This document shows, in pieces, positions 1 to 9,226 of a stretch of 64,000 bases of DNA. The stretch comes from Bryobacteraceae bacterium (GTDB lineage Bacteria > Acidobacteriota > Terriglobia > Bryobacterales > Bryobacteraceae). The DNA is taken from NCBI GenBank assembly GCA_963833675.1, contig CAWHYW010000006.1:21364-85363 (forward strand), given 5' to 3'. Position numbers and translations under genes: made by a program. The notes under the pieces were generated by a model. The model saw only the letters and a program-made list of their open reading frames with translations, was not told where the DNA came from and did not search any database. Position 1 is the first letter of the stretch, and each line of letters starts with the position of its first letter.

Positions 1-1
1 T

Positions 2-235
2 CCGGAATGGAAGGTGTATCTTATCGATCACACCCGCGCATTCCGTACCACCGTGGCAATGCAGCCGAAGAATCCGCTGCCGAATCGTGTCGACTATAAA
101 ATGCTCAAAGCGCTTCGCCAGTTGACCTTGGGCCAACTGAACGAAAAACTCGGTGGATATCTGCGCCCCGAGGAGATCAGCGCGATCCTCGGCAGACGAG
201 ACATCATCGTCCAGTCACTTCGACAATCAAATTAA
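2..235 (+). CDS. C-terminal fragment of a hypothetical protein (gene continues left of the window)
   Basis: The frame is open from the window edge (PEWKVYLIDHTRAFRTT...) to TAA at 233-235. I recognise no family from the ~77 visible residues. Confidence 0.4.
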   Translation, partial: PEWKVYLIDHTRAFRTTVAMQPKNPLPNRVDYKMLKALRQLTLGQLNEKLGGYLRPEEISAILGRRDIIVQSLRQSN

Positions 236-348
236 ACAGAATGGCGAAGACGCAGTGCTTACCGGACTACCGCGAAAAACGCCAGAAGCGGTATTACCTT
301 AATGACTGGCAATTTCCACTCGCAGCATTTGTCCGGCATCAAGCAGAG

Positions 349-1591
349 ATGAGCCTCCTTCAGCGGCGCGCTGCGATCCTGATATGGCTAGCTCTTCCGC
401 TAGCGAGTCTCGCTCAAAGAAAATTCTTTACGTATATTGGCGATCTGGGCGCGGATCACGCGCTGATCGCGTGGGGTACCACAGCGGGAGAAAACACGAT
501 TGGCCGCACGTCCCGATCTCACGGACCCGCAGTAGTAAAGATCGATGGCCGCAACATTAACGTAACGGACAAGAATTGGGTCGAAGATCGGTAATTTGCG
601 TCCCGATACCGACTACCCTTACGAAGTCCTGGTAAACGGGCGCTCCATCGCCAAATCGCGTCTTCGGACCTGGCCCGAGAAGTCCCAAAAATTACGGTTC
701 TTCGTCATCGGAGATTACGGTACCGGAGACGCCCACCAGAAAAGTGTTGCCGATGCCATGGTCAAAGAGTTTCAGCGACTCTCGGGCGATAATCCGGTCC
801 GCTTTGTGATCACCTTAGGCGACAACATCTATGGAACCGTCAACCTTATCCTCCGATTTAACGGCACTGGTGACAAGGATTCGCATTGGGAGACTCGATT
901 TTTTCGCCCTTATGAATTGCTGATCGCGCAGATTCCTTTTTATCCCAGTCTCGGCAACCACGATGGAAATGAAACCGAGAATCGGGGAGACCTGACCGCC
1001 TATTTGGATAACTTCTTCTTTCCGGCTCACGTGCCCTCCCGTTACTACCGTTTCTCGTACGGAGGACTCGCGGACTTTTTTGCTCTCGATACCACTGCTA
1101 ATAGCGAGAGCGGGCCGCCGCGCAACGCTTTCGACAAGGATGGAGAACAGTTCGCGTGGCTTAAGACAAACATTAGCGAGTCGCGGACGCCATGGAAGAT
1201 ACCTTATATGCACCATCCACCCTTTAACGCGGGTCCGCGGCATCCGTCGTCCGCGAAAGACTTGGAGCATTTCATCGAGGTCTTCAAAAGCAGCGGCGTA
1301 AGGGTATGTTTTGCCGGTCACGAGCACAATTTTCAGTTCAGCAAACAAAATGCCGAGACGGGCAAAATACGCTATATAGTCTCGGGATCAGGTGGGGAAC
1401 TGCGCACGGGTGAAGTTCGGGAGGCGATGCAGGAGGCGAATATCGAAGGTTGGGCCGCAGTTTTACATTTTCTATCTGTCGAGATCGATGGGCGGGAAAT
1501 GAAGATTACGCCGATATCGCCGAACGGGATCGATGTACTGGATAAGGACAGCCATAAGATCCCAATGCCCCTGCGCGTAACCTTGGACTAA
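349..1591 (+). pseudogene. Secreted calcineurin-like metallophosphoesterase (purple-acid-phosphatase-like), frame broken once
   Basis: ATG 349 gives signal peptide MSLLQRRAAILIWLALPLASLAQ. The N-terminal PAP-type beta domain ends ...NVTDKNWVE, then TAA 592-594. The next frame continues IGNLRPDTDYPYEVLVNG and carries GDYGTGD, GDNIY, GNHD, HHPPF and GHEHNFQ metal-ligand motifs. Removing one nt near 584-590 fuses ORFs 241..594 and 596..1591. Confidence 0.8.
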
Positions 1592-1634
1592 AAACGGGGG
1601 CTAAACAGCGAAGATTTAGCGAATAAGTGCGACG

Positions 1635-1880
1635 TCAATGCTTAGGGCTGGCGGCCATTTTTTTGTGAAGAGCAGTCATCAGTCGGCTATGAATATCCTG
1701 CGGAATCGTCTGAGGCTCTAAACCCTTGTAAACCTTGATCGTACGCTGCGTAGTGTCGAGGATGACCCAGCAGTTCGGACATTCTTCCACGTGCTTGTGC
1801 AACTCTGCTCGGATCTTCGGATCCAGCGTATCGTCGAGAAATTCACTCAACTCATTCAGAAAGTCTTTACATGTAAGCAA
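1635..1880 (-). CDS. Zinc-binding (ZAS-type) anti-sigma factor
   Basis: 81 aa. HKHVEECPNC matches the H-x3-C-x2-C motif. Its start overlaps the stop of the upstream ECF sigma gene by 14 nt. Confidence 0.75.
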   Translation of the reverse strand: MLTCKDFLNELSEFLDDTLDPKIRAELHKHVEECPNCWVILDTTQRTIKVYKGLEPQTIPQDIHSRLMTALHKKMAASPKH

Positions 1881-2478
1881 ATACGTCGTCCCCTTTCCGC
1901 TTGAAATACCGAGTGAGTTTCTCGCGTAGCTGAAGGCGTGCTCGCAGGAGTCTGCTTTTCACCGCCGGAACCGAGATGCCGAGGGTTTCCGCAGTATCTT
2001 CCGTCGATAATTCTTCGATGTCCCTTAATACGAAAACGGTGCGGAAACTTGGCTTTAGGCTATCGACCGCCTTACTCAGGATGTCGGCCAGTTCTTCCCG
2101 CGAGTACTTCTTTTCAGGATCATCTTCCCATACCGCGATCTCGCGGGCGACGAGATCTTCGCCCGTATCCTGAGGCTCGTCAAGCGACACCGTTTTATCG
2201 GATTTCCGCTTGCGCAGCTTCATCAATGCCTCGTTTACAGCAATGCGGACCAGCCACGTGTAAAACTTGGAGTCGCCCTGGAATGAGTCAAGGTGCGAAT
2301 ACGCCTTGAGGAAACTCTCTTGCAGAACGTCCTCCGCATCTTCATCGTTCTGCGTGATGTGTTTGGCGAGACGATAGATCTTGCGCTCGTAACGCTCAAC
2401 GAGTTCGCTGAATGCGGCCGCATCTCCTGCACGGGCGCGTTCAACGAGCGGAAGTTCGTCATTGTGTTCCGCAGTCAC
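1867..2478 (-). CDS. ECF-family RNA polymerase sigma-70 factor
   Basis: Region 2 (AAFSELVERYERKIYRLAKHI...DAEDVLQESFLKAY...WLVRIAVNEALMKLRK) and region 4 (LSTEDTAETLGISVPAVKSRLLRAR) are present. The maximal ORF reaches 2568, but GTG at 2478 gives a family-typical ~203 aa. The start is uncertain. Confidence 0.85.
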   Translation of the reverse strand: MTAEHNDELPLVERARAGDAAAFSELVERYERKIYRLAKHITQNDEDAEDVLQESFLKAYSHLDSFQGDSKFYTWLVRIAVNEALMKLRKRKSDKTVSLDEPQDTGEDLVAREIAVWEDDPEKKYSREELADILSKAVDSLKPSFRTVFVLRDIEELSTEDTAETLGISVPAVKSRLLRARLQLREKLTRYFKRKGDDVFAYM

Positions 2479-2567
2479 CCTCCCATGATACGCTGAAACT
2501 TCCGCTCTCCCTAAAAATGTCAAGCCTGGGAATTTCCGCAGCGGGAAAATATATAGCGGGATAAACA

Positions 2568-4509
2568 ATGAGCAGCATTATCGTTACCCTGCCGGACGGA
2601 TCGAAACAAGAGGTAGCCGCCGGAACAACACCGCTCGACATCGCCAAGTCGATCAGTTCCAGACTTGCCGACGACGCTGTTGTTGCGCGAGTGAATGGCG
2701 CTCTATACGACCTCACTCGTCCCCTCGAAGCCGACGCTTCGCTTCAGATCCTCACATCGAAGAATCCGGAAGCGCTGGAAGTGTACCGCCACTCGACTGC
2801 GCATTTGCTTGCCGTTGCAGTACAGGAGTTGTTTCCCGGAAACGAAGCTCGGCATAGGTCCGCCCACCGACACCGGCTTCTATTACGATTTCCAGCGTGA
2901 GACGCCTTTCACTCCGGAAGATCTCGAGAAGATCGAGGCGAAAATGTGGGAGGTCCAGAAGCGGGATCTGCCGTATGAGCGAAAGCTCTCCAAAAAGTCG
3001 GATGGGCTCGAGAAGTACAAAGCGATGGGCGAGTACATGAAGTGCGAGCTCATTGACGAGAAAGCCGATGAGGTATTCAGCGAATACACGCTCGGTCCGC
3101 ATTGGATCGACTTCTGCCGTGGTCCGCATGTGCCATCTACGAAGAGATTGAAGGCCTTCAAGGTTCTGTCGACCTCCGGAGCGTACTGGAAAGGCGATGA
3201 GAAAAACCACCGGATGCAGCGCATCTACGGCACAGCCTTCTTCACCCAGAAGGAACTCGATGAGTATTTGAAGCGCGTCGAAGAGGCGAAGAAGCGCGAC
3301 CATCGTAAGCTCGGTCAGGAGCTGGATTTATTCAGCATTCAGGAACTTGCCGGTCCGGGACTGATCTTCTTCCATCCGAAGGGCGGCATTATCCGCAAGA
3401 CGCTTGAAGACTGGATGCGCGACGAGTACATCAAGCGTGGCTATTCTCTCGTTTACACGCCTCACATCGCTCGTTCCGACCTGTGGAAGACCTCGGGCCA
3501 CTACAATTTTTACGGCGAAAACATGTTCAAGCGGATGGAGCTGGACGATGCAGAATACCAGCTCAAGCCGATGAACTGTCCGTTCCACATCCTGATCTAT
3601 CGGGATCGTAAGAAATCCTACCGCGAACTGCCGGTGCGATTGGGTGAACTCGGAACCGTGTATCGCTACGAACGCTCCGGCGTAATGCACGGTCTGCTCA
3701 GAGTTCGAGGATTCACGCAGGATGACGCGCATATCTTCTGCACACCTGAGCAGGTCGAAAACGAAGTGGTGGACTGTCTGCAGTTCGCGATCGATACTCT
3801 GACGACCTTCGGGTTCGATCAGTATGAGGCCGAACTTTCGACCTGGGATAACGGCGTCAGCGGTAAGTACGACGGCTCGCCCGGATCAATGGCAGCTCGC
3901 GGAAAACGCTCTGAAGAAGCCGTCGACGAGCTCGGGATGAAAGTGACGGTCATTCCCGATGAAGCCGCTTTCTACGGTCCGAAGATCGACGTGAAGCTCG
4001 TAGATGCCATCGGCCGCAAGTGGCAGCTCTCGACGGTACAGTTCGATTTCACACTGCCTCGTCGCTTCGGGCTCGAATACATCGCCGAAGATGGAAAGGC
4101 TCATCAACCGCTGATGGTTCACCGCGCATTGTTCGGTTCCATCGAACGATTTTTGGCATTCTCATCGAGCATTATGCTGGAGCATTTCCGGTCTGGCTCG
4201 CGCCCGTGCAGGCCGCCGTGCTTCCCATCACCGACAAGCAGATGGACTATGCGAAGCAGGTACGCGACCGGCTGGATGCGGCGGGGATCCGCGTGACTCT
4301 TGATGATCGCAGTGAAAAGGTAAATCTGAAAATCCGCGATGCCCAACTGCAAAAGGTGCCGTACATGCTGGTAGTTGGCGGACGCGAAGCGGAGCAGGGA
4401 ACGGTTTCCGTGCGCAATCGCAAGCACGGCGATCATCGGTGTCAAGCCGCTCGAGGAGTTCGTTACCGACATTCGCAGCATGATCGATTCCAAAGCCTCG
4501 TCGGAATAG
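2568..4509 (+). pseudogene. thrS: Threonine--tRNA ligase, frame broken three times as sequenced
   Basis: TGS domain (MSSIIVTLPDGSKQEV...), HSTAHLLAVAVQELFP, KLGIGPPTDTGFYYDF, class II motif 2 (YRYERSGVMHGLLRVRGFTQDDAHIF) and the anticodon-binding domain ([18 protein letters not shown]...) lie in alternating frames. Breaks are at 2835-2840 (one extra nt), T-run 4160-4164 (one nt missing) and 4431-4438 (one extra nt). The repaired stop is TAG 4507-4509, about 646 aa. Confidence 0.92.
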
Positions 4510-4513
4510 TGCA

Positions 4514-5640
4514 ATGGACTGGCTGCTGCTTGCCGTTGTAGCCGGGTCCTTGGTTTATTGCCTGCTTGTCATCGTGGCCGCGCGTCGATATCTCGCCGTG
4601 CGGCCTTCGCATCTGGAGAGTCCTCCTCCTCTTAGCGTTCTTAAGCCTCTCGCTGGACTGGACCACGGGTTGGAATCGAACCTACGAACCTTCTTCGAAC
4701 AGAATTACCACTCCTACGAGTTGCTGTTCGCTGTTCGGGTCGAGACCGACCCGGCCGTCGAAGTCGTGCAGCAAGCTCCAGGCCGAATATCCGCACGTCC
4801 CCTCCGAGCTGCTTATCGTGGGCGATCCGCCTTATCCCAACGCCAAGGTCTGGAGTCTGCATCACATGACGGAAGCTTCGCAGTACGAAGTGCTCGTCAT
4901 GTCCGACAGCGACATCCGCGTGACCCCGGACTTCCTCACCGTAATTGCCAGCGGAATTTCAGGATCCAAAATTCGGTGTATCTCATGCCCCTATCGAGCG
5001 GTTCCTGGGCGCAGCTTCTGGTCGACCCTCGAAGCCATCGGTATGAATACCGAGTTCCTCTCCGGTGTGATTGTCGCGCGCATGCTCGAAGGCGTGAAGT
5101 TCGCGCTTGGTCCCACGGCCACTGCTCGCAAGCAAGTGCTAAGTGACATTGGCGGTTGGAATCGTCTAAAAGACTATCTGGCTGAGGATTTCGTCCTGGG
5201 AAATTTCGCCGCGGAAAAGGGCTGGACGAGTGGTCCTGTCGTCGTATGTGATTGAGCATCACATCGGCTCGCAGCCGTTTGCTCCCAATGCGCGACATCG
5301 CCTGCGGTGGTTCCGCAGCACTCGGCGCTCGCGGCCGGCCGGCTATGTTGGACAGCTCTTCACAAATCCATTGCCGCTCGCATTGCTACTCTGGTTGATT
5401 CGGCCGGAATGGTGGACCGTCGCAGTTCTTACGTGTATTGCTCGCGCGCTCGCCGCTGTAGCGACAGCTCACTGGATCCTACGCGACCCCTTGACGACAC
5501 GTTCATGGTTTCTTGTTCCTGTCCAGGATTGCTTGAGCTTTGTGTTCTGGATCGGCGGCTTCTTCGGCAACGCGATTACTTGGCGAGGGCGTCGCTACCT
5601 GTTGATGAAGGATGGCACGTTCCGCCTTATTGAGGGTTGA
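4514..5640 (+). pseudogene. Family 21-like glycosyltransferase (ceramide glucosyltransferase/HpnI-like), frame broken
   Basis: N-terminal TM helix, then PPLSVLKPLAGLD, LVMSDSDIRV (DXD-like), SCPYRAVPG, LEAIGMNTEF, LAEDFVLG and RWFRSTRRSRP, spread over ORFs 4514.., 4566.. and 5230... Breaks are near 4765-4790 and 5215-5235, plus a local compensated pair near 4950-4985. Confidence 0.75.
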
Positions 5641-5664
5641 ACGTCAGCGTACTTCCTTCTATCC

Positions 5665-7854
5665 TCATAAAAGGCCGCAAAAAGCTGCGACCCACATAAT
5701 ATTCATCCCATTGATCGCTGTAGTGCGGCGAAAACACTTGGCCGGACTGCCCAAGGTCAAATTCATCAGCGAGCGATCCCAGTTGGACAAGTCCGCAACA
5801 AACCGCATGGAAGGACCGAGCCGCTGAGTGGTCTGCTTCACCGTAGTGGGCGATCCGCTCATCAAAACCGGACCAACATTAATCCGGAAGAACTTGCCGA
5901 GAGTTGGAATGTATTTGATCCAGTCTGCCCGACCTAAGATCGGATGACGCATCGTCGTTTCAAGATAGCCGCCGTATTGCCAACGCGCGGGATCTCGTCC
6001 TTGCAGCCTCCGGCCCTCTTCCATGGCATCGAGAAAGCACCGCAGAAGCAGTTGATCATAATCTCGAAACCATTCCGTTGGGCGCTCGCGTAGCAGTCTT
6101 TCCACCACAGGTCCGGCCATTCTCGACTCCCACAGTTCCCCTTTACCCTTGGACGCTCGATCCCCGATCGCGCGCCGGAGTTGCTGATATACAAGCGACG
6201 TAATGAGAGGAGCCGATTCATCTTTCTCCATCTGCCCGTTCCATTTCCGCAGCACCTCGACACCCGCATCCAGAGATGGATTCTTCGTGCCACGCTTATC
6301 ATAGGCTCCGACTACCTGCTGCGCGATGAAATGCGAGAGTCCGGAGTACACATCTTTCTGAATCGCCAGCATGTCCTCCGGAGTGCGAGCCTTGATCAGA
6401 AGGCTGCGAATCTGTTGCGATCGGTAGTAAGGCCCATACTCTCCACCCACACGATATTTGTAGCCCGAAGGAAATGGGTTCTGATTCGCAGACACAATCA
6501 CACCTGACGGCGGATTGAATGTGCTGGGCAGCTCATCGAACGGAATGAAGCCGTCCCATTCCGCATCACCCGATGCGCCGTTCGCAGGAATGTCGCCATC
6601 GTATGTGCGGCGGATCGGCAAGAGCCCGACCGCCTGGTAGCCGATATTGCCATCCACATCCGCGTAAACCACATTGCTGGATGGAGCCGCAAGCCGCCGC
6701 ATAGCGGCTCGAAACTGATCCCAGTTCCCGGCCATGTCGAGCTCGAGGAACGGAAACTGGAACTTGCCTGGCTCCGCCGCAATCCAGCGCAATGTGAAAA
6801 TCCGCGGACCCTCATTACGCCAGATCGGTCCGTGATGAGTGATCCACGTCGTGTGTTCTACCGGCTTCTCGCCCCTTATGAGAATCAGCTCTCGTTCGGG
6901 CCGCGCTTGTTGGAGAGTTCCCCGAAATACGTATCGGCCCGAGTTCAGGTCGATTTGTTCCAGATAGAGATCCTGCACATCGAATCCCAGATTGGTAATG
7001 CCCCATGCGATCCGATCGTTGTGACCGATGATCACTCCTGGCAACCCGGGAAGTGACACACCCTCCACATTGAGGCCCGGCGCTTGTAAATGAGTCATGT
7101 ACCAGGTGGAGGGGAAGTTATATTGGAGATGAGGATCATTAGCGAGAATCGGCTCGCCCGTCGAAGTGTGCGCGCCCGATACGGCCCATGCATTCGAGCC
7201 CGGCGCAATCTCCTGTCCGCTGCGGACCGGGAAGATTTCGCTCACGAGCTTCGCATCCCCATTCACGAGCATGTCCGCCTTCGCGACTTCATCCTTCCAA
7301 TTGGTGGTGAGATCGCGAATCATTTGAAGGCCAATGCAAACACTGTCTGTGACTGACCATGGGCGCGGATCGTAGCGCAGGACTGTAAACTCGAGCGGCA
7401 AGTTATTTCGATGTGTGTCGATGAACCGGTTTACCCCTCGCGCGTACGCAGCGAGGTAAGCTCGGTCTTGCGACGGCAAGGTTCTCGAGTGCTCTTCGGC
7501 CAGTCGCCGGATGCGGAGCTTGCGCGCTTCGCGATCCACCTCGAGCGTGGCTCGACCGACTACCTCGGACAACTCTCCTGCTGCTGCCCGGCGCATGATG
7601 TCCATCTGCCACAACCTGTCTTGCGCGGTGACGTAACCTTGCACGAAAAGCGCGTCTTCTATTGAGACGGCTTTGATATGTGGAACACCTAAATCGTCAC
7701 GCGTCGCCGTAGCTGTTTTTTGTACGGGAGCTGCTACGCTACCGGAGGTTTTCGGCAGCGGCCGCACGCAATACCAATAAGTAAGTGCAATGATGACAAG
7801 GACAAACAAGCCAATCAGCACGTTAAGATATTTCAGGAGCCGGTTGAGGCGCAC
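5665..7854 (-). CDS. Penicillin/AHL acylase family Ntn-hydrolase (C-terminal frame break)
   Basis: Signal/TM N-terminus, GSNAWAVSG (nucleophile Ser after autoprocessing) and NDPHL. After ...NLTLG the family-typical tail QSGQVFSPHYSDQWDEYYVGRSF... lies in another frame. One nt is missing in the G-run at 5750-5752. The repaired stop is TAA 5627-5629. Confidence 0.88.
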   Translation of the reverse strand: MRLNRLLKYLNVLIGLFVLVIIALTYWYCVRPLPKTSGSVAAPVQKTATATRDDLGVPHIKAVSIEDALFVQGYVTAQDRLWQMDIMRRAAAGELSEVVGRATLEVDREARKLRIRRLAEEHSRTLPSQDRAYLAAYARGVNRFIDTHRNNLPLEFTVLRYDPRPWSVTDSVCIGLQMIRDLTTNWKDEVAKADMLVNGDAKLVSEIFPVRSGQEIAPGSNAWAVSGAHTSTGEPILANDPHLQYNFPSTWYMTHLQAPGLNVEGVSLPGLPGVIIGHNDRIAWGITNLGFDVQDLYLEQIDLNSGRYVFRGTLQQARPERELILIRGEKPVEHTTWITHHGPIWRNEGPRIFTLRWIAAEPGKFQFPFLELDMAGNWDQFRAAMRRLAAPSSNVVYADVDGNIGYQAVGLLPIRRTYDGDIPANGASGDAEWDGFIPFDELPSTFNPPSGVIVSANQNPFPSGYKYRVGGEYGPYYRSQQIRSLLIKARTPEDMLAIQKDVYSGLSHFIAQQVVGAYDKRGTKNPSLDAGVEVLRKWNGQMEKDESAPLITSLVYQQLRRAIGDRASKGKGELWESRMAGPVVERLLRERPTEWFRDYDQLLLRCFLDAMEEGRRLQGRDPARWQYGGYLETTMRHPILGRADWIKYIPTLGKFFRINVGPVLMSGSPTTVKQTTQRLGPSMRFVADLSNWDRSLMNLTLGSPAKCFRRTTAINGMNIMWVAAFCGLL

Positions 7855-7897
7855 TATCGGGCATTGTACCGAAGCGTGCGTTGCGGCCCGCTAAAAC

Positions 7898-9226
7898 ATG
7901 GAACCACATACGGGTTACCGGCTTCTGCTCGTCGCGCTGATCATTGTCGTAAATGGATTCTTTGCCGCGGCCGAGGTCTCATTGCTGTCTACCCGTAGAT
8001 CGCGACTTCGCCAGAGGGCAGAAAACGGCAACCTTGGCGCACAGGCCGCGATGAGTCTGCTCGAAAATCCTGGCCGATTGCTCTCGGTTACTCAGGTTGG
8101 CGTAACTCTCGCGAGTCTCGGCCTGGGGTGGGCAGGCGAGGAGACCATTTTCAACATCCTCTATAAGTGGATGACGCCTCTTATTACTCCGGCCACAACA
8201 TCCATCCTTCATGGCTTCGCGTTTGCTTTGTCATTCGTGGTGATGAGCTTCGCGCATGTGGTCGTAGGTGAAGTCGTACCAAAGAATCTCGCCATTGAGA
8301 AGGCTGACAGGCTGGCGGTAATCGTTGCGCCCGCCCTTCTGATCTTCTACCGGGTGTCGGAGCCTTTCGTTGCCGTAATTGAAAAGTCGTCAAGCTATCT
8401 CAGCCGTTTAATTGGCTTGAGTGGAAAGGAGCACAGCGGCGGACATTCCGCCGAAGAGCTTCGCTACATCATCCGATCCAGCGGCAGCGAAGGCCACCTG
8501 CACACCTTTGAACAGGAAGTGCTACAACGTGTGCTCGATCTCAGTGAGTATTCCGCTCGCGAGATCATGGTTCCTCGAACGTCGATTGTCAGTGTTTCGA
8601 TCGACGCTACATTGGATCAGGTCCTTCGCCTCTTCCTCGATCATCAATACTCGCGCATGCCGGTCTATGAAAAGAGTTCCGAGAACCTCATCGGGATCGT
8701 GCATTTCAAAGACTTGATTCGACTCTGGGAGGAGCGGCGCATGTTCCAGGAACGTAAGCGCCCCGTGCGGCCCTTCCGCCTGCGGCGGATTCTACGGAAG
8801 ACTCTCGTCGTGCCCGAAACAAAGCCGCTCAATCAATTGATCGACGATTTTCGCCGGGACCGCGCGCACATGGCGATGGTGGTCGATGAGTTCGGAACAA
8901 TCAGTGGACTCGTCACAATGGAAGATGTTCTGGAGCAGGTCTTTGGGGAAATTGAGGACGAGCACGATGAGCAGCGCGCCAAGCCTGCTGTCGAAGCCGA
9001 CGTTTTGGAACTTGACGGAGCCACTTCTATTCGAGACCTTGAAACGCAGTACGGCATCGAACTTCCTGCAGAGGCGGGTTTTGAAACGCTAGCCGGTTTC
9101 TTCCTGTTCCAAGTGGGTGAGATCCCAAAGGCCGGAGATATTGTCGAGGTTCCCGGGTTACGGCTGACCGTCACCGAGATGGATCGCAACCGGATCGCGT
9201 GCGTCAAGATCGAGAAACTGCAATAG
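7898..9226 (+). CDS. CNNM/HlyC-CorC family transporter (DUF21 - CBS pair - CorC_HlyC)
   Basis: Four N-terminal TM segments, a CBS pair region, VFGEIEDEHDE and a C-terminal CorC_HlyC-like domain. 442 aa, intact. Confidence 0.88.
   Translation: MEPHTGYRLLLVALIIVVNGFFAAAEVSLLSTRRSRLRQRAENGNLGAQAAMSLLENPGRLLSVTQVGVTLASLGLGWAGEETIFNILYKWMTPLITPATTSILHGFAFALSFVVMSFAHVVVGEVVPKNLAIEKADRLAVIVAPALLIFYRVSEPFVAVIEKSSSYLSRLIGLSGKEHSGGHSAEELRYIIRSSGSEGHLHTFEQEVLQRVLDLSEYSAREIMVPRTSIVSVSIDATLDQVLRLFLDHQYSRMPVYEKSSENLIGIVHFKDLIRLWEERRMFQERKRPVRPFRLRRILRKTLVVPETKPLNQLIDDFRRDRAHMAMVVDEFGTISGLVTMEDVLEQVFGEIEDEHDEQRAKPAVEADVLELDGATSIRDLETQYGIELPAEAGFETLAGFFLFQVGEIPKAGDIVEVPGLRLTVTEMDRNRIACVKIEKLQ

Noticed and set aside
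2479-2567. Sigma-70 or ECF promoter in the sigma/thrS spacer (TTGACA, TATCAT, TATATA hexamers)
   Set aside because: The hexamers are present, but all -35/-10 spacings are 26-27 nt, incompatible with a functional promoter.
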